NCBI GenBank assembly: GCA_040357565.1
Contig: JBDODJ010000006.1
DNA length: 64,000 nucleotides
DNA from: Cercozoa sp. M6MM
Taxonomy: Eukaryota; Protista; Endomyxa: Ascetosporea
Strand: one strand, 5' to 3'
Every line of letters begins with the position of its first letter. The stretch's first letter is position 1. The notes under the pieces were generated by a model. That model searched no databases. It worked only from the letters and a program-made list of their open reading frames with translations, and had not been told where the DNA came from. Below are positions 19,019-31,563 of the stretch, one piece after another. Made by a program: the position numbers and the translations under genes.

Positions 19019-22000
19019 TCAGTATTTCTCGTCGGTTGCTGTTATACTTGGTGCGCCTGCTTCTTCGAGCTCGACCTGGGAAGGAAAGTGGGTAACAACT
19101 GGCCCAGGAGAGCAGAATTACCTCGGTGCCAGTGCTGCGATCGTTTCGACTGTCAATCGACCGTCGAGCTGATGTCATTCTCTAGGGTGCATATAGGATT
19201 CTCAGCGAACGACAAATAACCGAAAGCACAAACCAGTACCTCAGAACTAATTCGCATGCATCGCTGGATTAGTTGCAATGGCGCCGCGAACACCACCGCC
19301 ACCAACAAGGCCGTCAGCATCCCTGAACACGACAGAACAAACACAGTTTAGCACTCTGCCATATGTTGGAGCAACACAAATGTCAGATTACAGCAAACGA
19401 GAGTCGCCAGTTCTGCACCGAAACTGATACCCGTGTCAGCACCACCCAGTGCGCTATCGATGCACTCGTCGGTGCGCAGTCTCGTCAGATCGCCCGGATT
19501 GACTGCACACGTACGATCGTATGCGCGAATGGGTGCACAGTTCAGGTGACGTGAGGTGCGGTGCGGTACGCGCAAGGTCGGAATTTGTGATGCTGGTGAC
19601 GCACGCGCGTGCCAGGGCCAGTGCATCGCGTACACGAGCCGGTACTCCCAGCCGACGCAACTCTAGCACAATCGTCAGCACTGCCGTCGCCAGGAAGCAC
19701 GGAACGAACAGTGCGACTGCAGTAAATAAAATCTAATTATGAAGCAAACATAGCGTTTTAGTACATCAACATAAGATGCGAAAGTACAACGCGCAACAAC
19801 GACACTTGTCGAAGTCGATTGCTTTGAAGTTGCGTTAATACGACGCTACTTGCAAAACAAAAACCATGCCCCTATGTCACGCCACTACAGTATTTGATAA
19901 TGCATGCAGTCAGTGTACTTCAGATTGACAGACAGTCTTTAGTGTCACCGCGACAGCGAGGGCACCAATCAAGAGGTAGACTAGCATGAGACAGCAAATA
20001 CTGAGGTAACAGGCCAACAGAGACCGAAGTACCCAAAACAGGCATCACAAACACAAGAACCAAAAGCGTCACGCTCTCACTTGTGTCAACTCCGCACATG
20101 GAAGCACCGTCATTCTGCAGGGAGGTTTTTTACTCTTCGTTCGGCATGAGCGCAACAAGAACAAGGCTGTACCCAACGAACGCGACCGAGAGCGACAGGC
20201 ACTATGGCACACACAAGTGCGGGCAGCCAGCAGACGGTGTAAAGCGTTGCTTCGAAACGTCGAGTTGATCCGGGATCATTCAGTAGGAAAAAGGGATGCT
20301 CGCACAGCATGCCACCGAGACAGGCAGCAAAGGCCGCCCACCATGCCACGGCAGAGACAGCACCACCCAGGAACAGTGTTGCTTGCAGGGCACACGCTAA
20401 ATTATGCAGGTTCATGTACACAGGGCAGGCAAACATAAACTTGCGATGTGTAAATCTACCAGAATCACTGCCGTCGATTGGAACAAGAGGATCGCTGCAA
20501 GATGCAGGTTGCAGCACCATCGCAACACCCACTAGCAGGAAGCTCTACCATCAATATTTAATCACAGTATTCGACCATTTTATCGAGTGGAACTTAATGT
20601 AATTTACAACAGTCAGAGGCAAGGAGAGCCGCGCAGGAAACTGCGGCAGCAGCGGACGCCGGCATCGCTGAAGCATTAAAAAGGTTCGGATCGGTATTAG
20701 CACTTAAGTTACTAAACGAAAGGTGAACATACATGAAGCGAGCGCGCGCTGTGCCGTGCATTGTCTAAATTTCAACATGCCCCTGTCATGCACATTCTTT
20801 GATTCCGTACTGTGACTTACCAAAAAATAGTCGCAGCAGCACCAAAACAGCACACGTAATCGTGATAGCTCCTGCCGCCTTCACAGAGTCGATTAGATAG
20901 GAAAACTAGCTTGCCCTAAAATGAGGACGTACCACACGCATGTCATTGAGTTTGCTGTGCTGTGGTTTGGAGAGAAAAGGGGATGGGCACACTAGTGCAC
21001 ACGAGGCTCCCGCCTCGCTCTCCTCTGAGGCCAGGAATCCGCCCTCTGAACGACACACGTCTTCTGCCTGTTTATTGAGTGGAGTAGAGGTAGAAATGGA
21101 GGAACACGTGGAAGAAATTCAGACCTTAAATGGAGGTCCATAGATGTCCACGCACGGAACGCCTATGTTCAGTTGTGTCAAGAAGAGGTAAATTACTGAT
21201 ATCTAAAAGGTAGAAACATCAACTACGATGTCTCCTGCCGTCCACAGAGCGCACAAAGTAGCTGTTGTTGTACAATGTCTCGTCACGCAGTTCGTTGAAC
21301 AGGTCGACTTGTATCGGGTCGGAAAACACTCTACCAGACACAGCTCCGTATTGTGCGTCGTATGTTGACTCAGACAATAAAAACAATATCGGAACTATAC
21401 AATTGCGATTCAGCTGGTGTTGCGAGATCGTCTGCCCATGCCGCGCGTCGTTTCGGGTCGTCAAAAATTTTGTCGCTTTGCCCGAGACCGCGGAACTGTC
21501 AGTGAACAAAAAACCGAGATTGAAAACAGAGATACAGCAAGTTTGAAGTGTGCCACCGGGTACCGCCCAAACTTCAGTGTCGATACGGATGTACTCCTCC
21601 GTTAAATTGCTCGTCACAGGGCGCGCATAGGCTTCGAACTTTTACAGACAAAGAGATGACAAATGCGATGGCGGTTATGTGCAGAATTTACGAGTTCGAT
21701 GAAAGGTAACTGCGACTCGTTTGTCGCCCACCTCCGACCGTATGCCGTGTCTCTGCAGGCGCAAGGGTATTTTGATAAGAAAATTTTACCGAGTACAGCA
21801 CTAGATCGGCAGTACCCGTACGCGTAAAGATGACAAGTGTCGAACAGTCCAAACCGCACTGCCAGTCGAACAAACATGACTCAGTTCAAGAAACATACAC
21901 AGTTCAAAATGTAAATTTACATAGCGATTCGCGAATGATGGGGCAATCTCGCATCATTGCTTCGCACGACTCGATGCAAACTGGTTGTCGGAATAGCTCG

Positions 22001-22901
22001 TACTACAGTCAAGCTTTACGTTATTATGACAGTAAGCATCAGTAGCCATGTCAGTTCTGTGATACATCAAGTGCAGTAAAAGGGTGCGTCTCTGTCAGAT
22101 TAACGCCTCTGGTGTCAAAATGATACAATCGATTGTGTTTGATATTATATCGCAACTACAAGTATGAAAAGTGATATCAAAACGCAAGAATACACGAAAC
22201 GAGGCGCCATCCACTCGCACATCCACTGTAAGCCACGACGCTCGCAATCAGGCGAAGGCCTCGGCCTGCTCAATGTGAATTTAATTGACATTCTCTACTC
22301 TCAACCTGCCAGTTGTAAATTTAAAGAGGGTGTCCATACTGAAAGTTGCGGAGAACTGAAAGGAAGAATTTGATGTTATTTGCGCGGCTTGCAGAGTTCT
22401 GAATGCAGATTCGATATCGTATATTGCCCCAGCATGCTCGATACATACGATTCAGTGCACCTCGTTGTTTTCATGGACGTGCAGCGGCGAGCGGCCTGCG
22501 TTGACCTACTCGTATACCGACTTTACAATGTATCTGCACGTGTAACTTTTAATTTTCCAGCAGAATAGCACCTCCTGCATTCGTGTCTCGTTTGCATAGG
22601 GTTCGGCGAATTGCGCTTGTCCACTTGCCTGGGTAAAATGCACCCGAGAGTATCGATAAATAGGCAACCGCCGGTCGAGATATTACGGAGAATGGAGAGG
22701 GGCTGCGGTTGCAGTAATCGTTTAATGCGGGAAGAAAGTCCACAGCGCGCAGCATGCGCCTACAAGCAACACAATGACTCGCACAGCATACAGCATACCG
22801 GAAATAAGAATGTCGACAAACCACTCGGGCGGGCGATACGTTCTGCTTTCAGGACCGAAGCCATAGGACGATTCAGCCCCAATAACGGTGTTGTTGCTCA
22901 T
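19019..22901 (-). CDS. Frizzled/Smoothened-like class F GPCR, paralog 1
   Basis: Starts MSNNTVIGAE. CRD-like QPVCIESCEAMMRDC, linker CALVCPSPFLSKPQH, FPAR after TM1, CALQ..SAVAWW in TM3, YTVCWLPAL in TM4, seven hydrophobic segments, stop at 19019. Confidence 0.8.
19236..19722 (-). repeat. Near-identical inverted copy of 49241-49723
   Basis: About 4 mismatches seen in ~485 bp, which include two introns. Confidence 0.95.
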
Positions 22902-22980
22902 TGTAGGTGCACTTGCATCTCCTTTTGCAACAATAACTACAGCATGCGAGTTTGTGTGTGCTGATCAACAGTCAGTGTGG

Positions 22981-25703
22981 TCAAAGTCTGTTGTCGCTTT
23001 CGTATCCGTTTCCTGTTTCTCCAGTACTTGCAGCCGAACAACGGTTTCTTAGCCGTAGCTGCCTAACCGGCAGCACGCGCGACAAAAGCTGACAGCCGAC
23101 GGAAGAGGAGTGTATCAACCAGGTACTTGCACTATTCAATTCAAGTATTGTCCGGCGATAATAAAGTGCTGCACTGCGTGTGCCATGTTGTTCTCGGAGA
23201 AACTTCTTCAGGATCGGTTGAAGCAGTTCATTGCTTTGTCTGGGATTAAATGTGTGTGTATGCACATCGACATCGGCACCGCATTGAGGCTTAACCACTT
23301 CCCGAGATTTTGCCCAAAAACCTGGACCCAGAACGATGGAGCTATGCACCAAACAGACTGCGCGAAATGACGACATTACTGCGTCCAATGACAACGAGTG
23401 CGAGGCAGACCAAGAGTAACATGGTCACCGGCAAGACAAAATCGACATGGTCGGCGCCACCCAGAACCGACTCGGGAATGCATCGACCATCGACGCAGAC
23501 TCCAGGCCCTTCGCCGGTAAAAGCCGCGTCGTCGCACTCAACGAACTCGTCTTCTGGCAGTAGCAAGCACTGGTGTGTCAATGCGCCTGAAGCTGTCAGC
23601 ACGCGCACACACTAGCAGAAACCAATCAATCGACACATCAACTATAAGAAAGGACTGAAGAAGACAACCAGAATGCCATACTTCATAATGACTGCAGCCC
23701 TCGTCAGGAGGACAAGCCAAATCCGATGCACATGGGTCTTCTGTCTGTTTGTTTAAATTTCAGCTACGCATGTATTAAACTGTTGTATTGGTTCGGGTTT
23801 ACGTCCTCGCGAATGCCGCTTTGTCGCGATGTCGGGTCGAACAACTGCACGCCGGTGCCCGTGTATCATTCCAAGGTGCCAAGATCCCAAGTGGTGCTGC
23901 ACAATTTACCTCATCAAGCTGCAAGGCAGCACCAACTCCCATCTGTGCTGACAAGTCGGTGTCGCTGTACTGCGAGTAGTCGCGCTGCGATTCCACTTGG
24001 TTCCAGACCTACCCTCCCAGCCTCCCATGCCCTGGCACGCACGCAATCAGTGTAGGTTATTTTAAATGTACCCTCGAGAAAGGCAAGCAGGCCACACGCA
24101 CTAGCCGACGACGCGTCACTGGGAGCAGTTCTTGTTCAACGTCACCTACGCTGGCTTGTGTCTATACGCACACTCATCAATGGATGCACAATAGGACGAA
24201 GCGCAGGGCGGGGGGAGGGGGGGAGGTAAATTCTACATCGGCAGTGCACTCAAGTTCGCACACGTCACCGAGCGAGCCGCTACCGCGTGGGTCATTATCG
24301 AAATCGGCCGCACGACATCGCAAACGAGACAGACGAGAAAATGAACCTTGCACCTGCAGATGTTGTATTTAGCTACGTAAGACAGAAGGAGGGCATCAAA
24401 GAAGAATATCATCTCAAAACCTGACGACACTGATCGGGTCGCTCGAAGAAGTTGCCAAGCGGACAGCGCAGACTTGAGGTGTTGGTGATGCATAGAGGAA
24501 ACCACGAGGGGCCTGGTGGAACCTGCAGCGCAACGCAAGTCGTTTGCGTCAGCCAGACCAGGGCTTCTAGAGAACAAAACGTGTACCTCGATCACGTCGT
24601 TAACACTGTCGATGCCGTCCTGCAGTAATTTGTCCGTGGTCCCAAACACGCTTGTTGCGTCCATCTTGGATTTAAGCGACTCACCTGCCTCAGAGCACGT
24701 ATTATCATGCATGTACGGATGTAAATTTACTGTACCCAAGATCGAAGAATCAGACACCGCGTGTGAATCAAACGCACTGCGAGAGGAAGCCCGGTAGAGT
24801 AACTCGCGGTCGACTCGACCCCTTGATTCGCCATCCATTGAGATGCTGTTTGTACTGGACAGCACCGGTGTTATTGGGTCAGTTGCTCCTAACATTTTTG
24901 CCTGTCCCTGTAGAAAGTTATGGATCTCCCTCAGGTTTGGTACTGTTCCTGCGAGAGGAAGCCCGGTACTGTGTACCAAGTGAGGATGCAGGTTGGGAAG
25001 CGACGCATGTGACACGTGCGACACTTGAGGTGGTCGTGCCCCTAGTACAATCGATTGCGACAGGCTCTCTTGATCGCAAAGTACTAGCAGGCGTTGTCTC
25101 GCGTGTGTCGTGTCGTTGCTCAAGTTGGCATTACTGTCATACAATTGCTCTTGCCCACTCAACTCAACCCATCATGGACCTTGTACCGCAGGAAGTCAAT
25201 GTAAGCCGCCTGCGCACTGTTGTGCAAGGGAAGGAACTACACGACAGCAACACTACAGTGCAAATACAATTCAGTTTCCTAGGTAACTTTACCCCTCGCT
25301 GCTGTCGCAGAGACGCGGAATCGCCTGCAGGTAGTGCTTGCCAAAGCGTCAGTGAGATATTGTCGGCGATTCGCACTTCATTTAGTGCGCACTAAGTTTA
25401 TCAGCTTAAGCTCACACAGTACAACGTAATTCTCGTTCCGGTATATGTATATGTAGTCAGGTGGTTACCTGTGCACATAGCACGGATGTGGCGTGAAACT
25501 CGCGGTCCAAGTGTTGGACTGCCGAGAATGTGTTTATTTCGACCGCGTCGATAGAGGCATTATTGGACTCGTCCACGAGGCCACTGAAAACCACCTGTAC
25601 AGCAACAGGGTCAGCGCTTTTATGTTCGGTGGAATGAAGCCCATACCAAATCGCCATCACCGTCTCTGGTATCGTCGTGGATGAGAGACGGCACTGCTGA
25701 TCT
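22981..25703 (-). CDS. Single-pass membrane protein with juxtamembrane Cys-rich module; 5' end lost in scaffold gap
   Basis: Long exon within ORF 24233-25162. Spliced PCASDLACPPDEGCSHYECVRV..ECDDAAFTGEGPGVCVDGRC, then TM FVLPVTMLLLVCLALVVIG. The first visible exon starts at an AG acceptor next to the (TG)n/N gap. Confidence 0.55.
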
Positions 25704-25722
25704 CTTTAAAGCACGCGTATTG

Positions 25723-25742
25723 CTGTGCTGTGCTGTGCTGTG

Positions 25743-25791
<49 letters not shown>

Positions 25792-25891
25792 NNNNNNNNN
25801 NNNNNNNNNNNNNNNNNNNNNNNNNNNNNNNNNNNNNNNNNNNNNNNNNNNNNNNNNNNNNNNNNNNNNNNNNNNNNNNNNNNNNNNNNNN
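25723..25891. repeat. (GCTGT)n/(TG)n repeat abutting 100-N scaffold gap (25792-25891)
   Basis: Directly visible. Confidence 0.95.
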
Positions 25892-25913
25892 TATATCCCT
25901 TCCGCTTGCGCAG

Positions 25914-27859
25914 GTGGACTGGTCCAACATGTCAAAAGTCTGCATGCAAGCTGAGCAAGCCAAGAAAGAGGTCCCTTGCCCCTTTACCCTTTGCCTTTCT
26001 TGAGTCCTCGTTACTTTTTGCCTCTGTACAGAGACGCAAGAAAAGCGAAAAGAGCATCGAAAGTTCGTCGACCGAGAAGAAGGAGAAAAAGAGTGAAATC
26101 AAGAATGCCAAGGACGAGCTGGAACAAGGCATTCTGCGCTGCAATGTTTTGCACAACAATGGCGACACTGAGGTGATGCGCAAGCTCATGAACTTCAAGG
26201 CCATCGTATCGACGCAGCTGCCCAAGATGCCCAAGGACTACATCGTGCGCCTCATCATGGACCGCGCGCACCACTCACTTGTGCTGGAAAAGAAGGTCAA
26301 GTGCAAGGTACCATGTAACCTTAAGATAGGTTCCTCACTCTGTTAATTAAAGCGGCGGTGCAATAGGTGACAGAGGAACGTTGCGACAGTGATGGCAACA
26401 TCGAAGCCGTGCAGGTCGAAAAAGATGTCTGGCGCATTGTTGGCGGCATCTGCTACCGTCCTTTCTTTCCAAACCAGGTGCTTGCTCTTACCTTCCCCCC
26501 CCCCGCCACACGCCTTTTACTTCCACCTCCCTTTTCCAGTTCGCCGAGATCGTGTTCCTGGCGGTGACACGGACGTACCAAGTGCGCGGCTACGGCTCGC
26601 TCATCATGAATCACCTGAAGGAGCACGTGAAGCGTGACTCGCTCAACTACTTCCTTACGTATATCACCTTCACACCTGACTTTCCTCACCCACTCAGTCA
26701 CTCCTTTCTCTCATTGTGGCCTGCAGTTACGCCGATAACTTTGCGATTCCGTTCTTCCGGAAGCAAGGCTTTACGACCGAGTTGTCGATGCCGGATGAGC
26801 AGTGGCGTGGCTACATTAAGGATTACGAGGTATCCAGTCCATGCCTATGTAGTCTACACATTCACAATTTGACCATTTGTACTAGGGCGGTACACTCATG
26901 GAGTGTGCCATCAATCACCGTGTCGACTACCTGCGAGTCGGCGAAATGATCGCACGCCAGCGACTTGCTGTTGCACGCAAGATGTATTGCACTCACTGAC
27001 ACATGTCGTTTCGAGTACACACCTGTTTATATGGATGCTGTGTGTGTGTATGTGTATGTGTGTGTATGTATGTCTGTGTGTATGTGTGTGTATGTGTGTG
27101 TGTGTATGTGTGTGTGACAGGTGCGAGGTCTCACACAGTCACGTCGTTAATCGCGGCCTGCAGTTCACGCCGCAGGAGCTGCAGCAAGGCAAACCGCTCG
27201 AGTCACTGCCTGGCCTGTCACCCGCCCTGCTGCGACAACGAGAGGATGCGTTGCGACGTGCCGGTCTGCTGGTAGCGTTTCTCATAGATTGCACCGTCTG
27301 CGTGGACCATGCGTGACCCGTAAGTGACTCGTGACCTGCAGAACCGAGTTGACAGACGACCAACGCCGCTGCTGCAGCTGCAGGCGAAAATGTTCGGCGT
27401 CTGGAAGCAGTTGCACGCCGACCGCGACTCATGGCCCTTCCGCGACCCGGTCGATGCCAAAGATGCTCGTGACTACTACGCGCAGGTGCAGGAGCCGATG
27501 GATCTCGGTACCACGGAATCAAGCTGGTGGTGTTTTCCAACTGCGATATGTATATTGTATCAGGTGAAATCGAGCGTCGCCTGCGACACAAGTACTACAA
27601 GAACCGACAGATGTTCCGCTACGACTTTGATCTCATCGTGCGCAACTGCATTGCCTTCAACGCCGAGGGCACTTCGTACCACGAGTGTGCCGTCGCTGTG
27701 CGCGACAAGTTTGACCGCCTCATGGAGGAGTACGGCATCGATGCCGACGATCGGCCCTATCCGCCGCAGATGCTTGAACCTCAGACTGCCTGTGTTGCGA
27801 GTGCCGACAACGACAGCACTGCGGCCAGCGATGCCGCGGCTATGCGCGACGATGAGTGA
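25914..27859 (+). CDS. GCN5: Histone acetyltransferase GCN5 (GNAT + bromodomain), 5'-partial
   Basis: QLPKMPKDYIVRLIMD, IVGGICYRPF, FAEIVFLAV..QVRGYGSLIMNHLK, TYADNFAIPFFRKQGF, GYIKDYEGGTLMEC. Bromodomain SWPFRDPVD..DYY..PMDL..NCIAFN. Confidence 0.97.
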
Positions 27860-28352
27860 TTCTTTTCTTGCAATTGTTCGTGTTACGTTAGCGTATCGTT
27901 ACTGCGGCATAGTTACAGTAGCCCAGCAGGTTAATGGCGGATCTGTTTCCTGCAGAAACCGAGCCAAAACTGTTAGATACGCACCAACATTAGTCCAAGA
28001 CACTCTCTGAACACAATTTAAAGCGGCACCGTCGACGGTAATGAGAATTTATCAAGTAAAATTCTGACTCGAAACATCGTTTTTTTTCTTTTTTGCGAAG
28101 TTTTTGTATGAATTCTCATATAGCGAACACATTTAACCACTAACACGTGCGTTAAAATAATCGTCATCCTCCATGCGCATCGCAGCATAATCTAGGCGAC
28201 GCTGCACCAGCCCCTGTCGTGCGACTTGACGTGAAGGTCGATGAAGACACGGGCTTTCATCGCCATCACTCGAGTCAGTGCAGGAAGTTTCATCACCAAA
28301 CTCGTTGGTCTCGTCCTCATGTGACACGTCACTCAACAGAGCTGCTTCATCT

Positions 28353-29302
28353 TCAGGGCCTTCGACGGCTAGCGCCAAGCTTCGCTCGACTTGTTCTTGA
28401 AGATTGCTCGTCGGTTCGGCCTACCAGTGCACGATAGATGAAACACGCAGTATCCTTGAAATACAGCGAATTACAGTGTCACTGTTGTTTCTGGAGCGTT
28501 CAAGCTTTGCTTGTTGAATGCGCTCCTCGTAGTACAGCATCCACTCTTTGTCACTGTCGGTGTAGTTCTCATTGATGTCTCCGCCCCCATACTCCACCAT
28601 CGCGTCCAGCAAGCGAGACCAGCGCTGCTTTGCTTCCATTTTGATGCAGTTCATGAACCTACCAGAAGCGGAAACACGTTTTTTGAACAGGCTCTACATT
28701 TCATGATGGTACAGTAAACTTACCACTGGAGTGCCTTGATTGCCAAGCAAACATCAGAAGGCGTGCGGGCGGACTGTAGTGCGTTCATCCGTCTTGAGTA
28801 TCGCTTGCCGACGCTGTGCATACCCTCAGCGCTGTTGATGTGCACCAGTTGGCCATCCGCGGCAGTTCGCGAAAATGTGCTGCCATAAAACGAACCCCCA
28901 GATAAATTTACAACAGCAAGATAGTAGAATATGCTGTACCTGATTGAGGAGTGGTTGCACTGGTAATGCTGCATGCCAACAAGAGACGTCGACTCGGAGT
29001 AGGCTCGCCATTTGTCGGTCTAGCAAACAAACTACAACTTACAATACAAATCGGTGTTTAATCGATACCTGTATGATGGTTTTGGGTTCAATGTGCTGGC
29101 GCACATGCCGTCCAATCGTGTCACTGTCGCGCTTTGGCACAAGCGTCCAGCGAACTTCTTCGACCTCGCGTTTTTTCGTCCCGTTGTCGCGCGTCGTCTG
29201 TGCAACAACATGACATCGCGTATATGCAAACGCGGAAAAGACTGGGGCATGTGCGTACCTCCGACACTTCCGTGAAAGTGAGTACCCACATTGTTCCAGC
29301 CA
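28353..29302 (-). mobile_element. Merlin / IS1595 (ISXO2-like) DDE transposase gene with spliceosomal introns, apparently 5'-truncated
   Basis: Spliced product MWVLTFTE..WTLVPKRDSDTIGRHVRQHIEPKTIIQ|TDKWRAYS..HYQCNHS..VHINSAEGMHSVGKR..LQW|FMN..WSRLLDAM. The 3' end may extend to 28133 in a shifted frame. Confidence 0.8.
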
Positions 29303-29522
29303 CTAGAATGAGTTAAATTCTTAACAGGCAACATGTTAGACACACTAAACACTCAATCTGTGCAGGAAACAGATCCGACAATATCCAAACTAAAGTTCGA
29401 GTAAGAATAAGTAAACAACGTGAACTAACTCGACGTAAGATTCAACCAACTGTAAAATTTACATCCTAAACGCAAGCAAAATGCAATTCGCCACACATTT
29501 GACAGAGACACAGGAGACGCGC

Positions 29523-29635
29523 CGTGAGAACTCGGATCGGCACACCCTGATCTGCCCTCAGTGGGAAGCTACCTGCCGACTCCACTGAGGGCAGATCCAA
29601 ACAACCAGAAAGGTGCTGGCCGTGCGAGTCTCACG
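29523..29635. other. Nested fold-back: perfect 16-bp stem plus outer stems
   Basis: gatctgccctcagtgg (29549-29564) pairs with ccactgagggcagatc (29582-29597). Outer pairs are cgtgag/ctcacg, actcg/cgagt, cggc/gccg and cacc/ggtg. Confidence 0.85.
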
Positions 29636-29855
29636 AAGCTAGCTGCGACTCCGAACAGGCGTTGGCGGTCGCTTCGCGCTTAGAAGTCTTTTAGCCTGTG
29701 TCGAGTGCATACAGTTCGTATCAGCAAGCCAACAATAGCAAAGAATACCGTAAAAACAGGGCATCAAAACGACGCACATATTCGGAATAATCATTGTGTT
29801 GCAGCACAGTGCAACGTCGAAACTAAAATATGTACAGTTTGTTTCGAGTATTGAT

Positions 29856-31359
29856 TCAAGCGTTCAGTACCTCTGATATGGCATCTTCGTACTCATTCAA
29901 CAATGCTTGCATTTGAGGCGATGGTCGCGCTACCGAGAGCGCTATATATTGAGAAGGTGCTGACCGAGGCCTCTGAATCGGTAGCGAGGGCTGTGAGGCA
30001 TGAATCGGCACTGGCAAGGAGCCGGAACCAGACAGCGCGAGAGGCGGAGAGCTTAAACCTCCTACCGCACTTGACCCGGACAGCATTGGCAACGCATGCG
30101 CACTCGTCAAGCCGGTGAAATGCTACGAAGGGAGAATTTACACAAATGAGAGTGCACAGTATCAAGGACTGTACAAAAGGTGTTTTCGAGACTGATACGC
30201 GGCGAAGTCGCACTGCGGACAGGCTCTTGCTTGACTTGTTCATCTGCGGGACGAGGACGTCACAAGAAATTTCCTTTGACAAGCGCAAACGACTGTCCGC
30301 GCGTTCGGTCAGCGCAAAGATGAAGCGCGCGTTGCTATTCCTAAACAGCACCAAGTTCAAGTCGATTCGAGAAGTCTGCTGCGCCCTTGTGCCACTCGAG
30401 AGTCGCCAGTAGTAATCGTAAGGCGCGTCGGCCGTCTGGAAGGGACAGGGTACATCCTCAGGGACATGCACGTGTTCCAATTACCGGCGTTGAGGTGGCG
30501 AAGCTCAGCACATGCAGGTCTGCAAAGTGCACCTTCTCGTCAGCAGGGACACCTCCGAGTTGCGGCGGCAACTGCAGCTGGGCATTGAGTTTCTGGCAGT
30601 CACTGCGCGACAGCTTTATTGGAAATGTCACTGACGAGTGTGTTGTCTTGTCTCCGTGCGCGAGTGCAACGTGCGACTTCCCGATAGAGCGTCGTAAACT
30701 GTCGATTTTGTTGCTCTTCGGAGGCACTGATATGGCAAAAACGCGTTGCTCCACCGTGGTTTCAGTGCTGCCGCAGGAAAGTGAGAACCGAATTGAAACA
30801 GTTTTTCGCAGTGGCAGAGACTGCCGCTGTAATGACACCGGAAGCTCGCTACGGTACAAAAGGAATAAAAGAATGAAAGAAGGTTGCAGGTAAACTTCAG
30901 AGATTCCTACCAACCAAAAGCGACGCCCTTTGCATCCTTCAGCGCACAAATTTCGCTTCGAAAACACGGTGGTTCGGGCAGCAGCTCGCTCGCGTCTTTA
31001 GACTCGCGAATGCTTAAAGGCAAGAGCTCTCCGACCAACTCAGGGTAGCTCTTTTCCCGAAGATGAGCGAGAATTTGCGTGGCGTCCATATCTTCGACCG
31101 CTTCCTTCAGCTTTTTTATGGTCAGTCCGGCTTCTTTCCGGCGCCTGCGACGTTTCTTCGGCCGGGTGGAGTCCTCATTTCCGGTTCTCGGGTCGCCGTC
31201 GGACTCTAAACAACAACACACCAATCAAGGATAGTGCAATCATAGCTAAACAATGAACACTGTACTTGATCCCGATGCGTCTGATTCCTCGTTTTGGCTG
31301 CCAAGAAGGCGAAAAAGAAGTGGAGAACTCGGCATGTCACGCGAACCGGAATACTGCAT
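29856..31359 (-). CDS. Hypothetical protein, multi-exon, with NLS-like PKKRRRRRK
   Basis: Consecutive minus-strand exon-like ORFs 30907-31224, 30458-30967, 29893-30480 and 29856-30110. Start uncertain. Confidence 0.5.
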
Positions 31360-31563
31360 TTTTGCTTTTGCCAGAGGCGTCTCAGCCTGCGCTAACCTCA
31401 CCTCGGCAGGAGCTTTATGTGCACCGCAGTCCCCCTGGGCGCCTCAACAGGCTTGTTACTTATCAGGCGTTTTTCTACCGCAGTTCCGGAACTCGGAACC
31501 ACGGAAACGCGGAACTCGGAACCAAGGAAATTCAAGCAGCTAAAGGCGTCCTGACACTGTACA

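Noticed and set aside
29523-29570. Resemblance to TPP or cobalamin riboswitch words (UGAGA, CCUGAUCUG, GGGAAG)
   Set aside because: The TPP loop and GCG residues are missing, the cobalamin elements are out of order, and the 16-bp stem sequesters the motif.
31487-31532. GGAA-rich ~23-bp direct repeat, two copies
   Set aside because: Only two adjacent copies with no spacers, so not a CRISPR array; no function can be supported.
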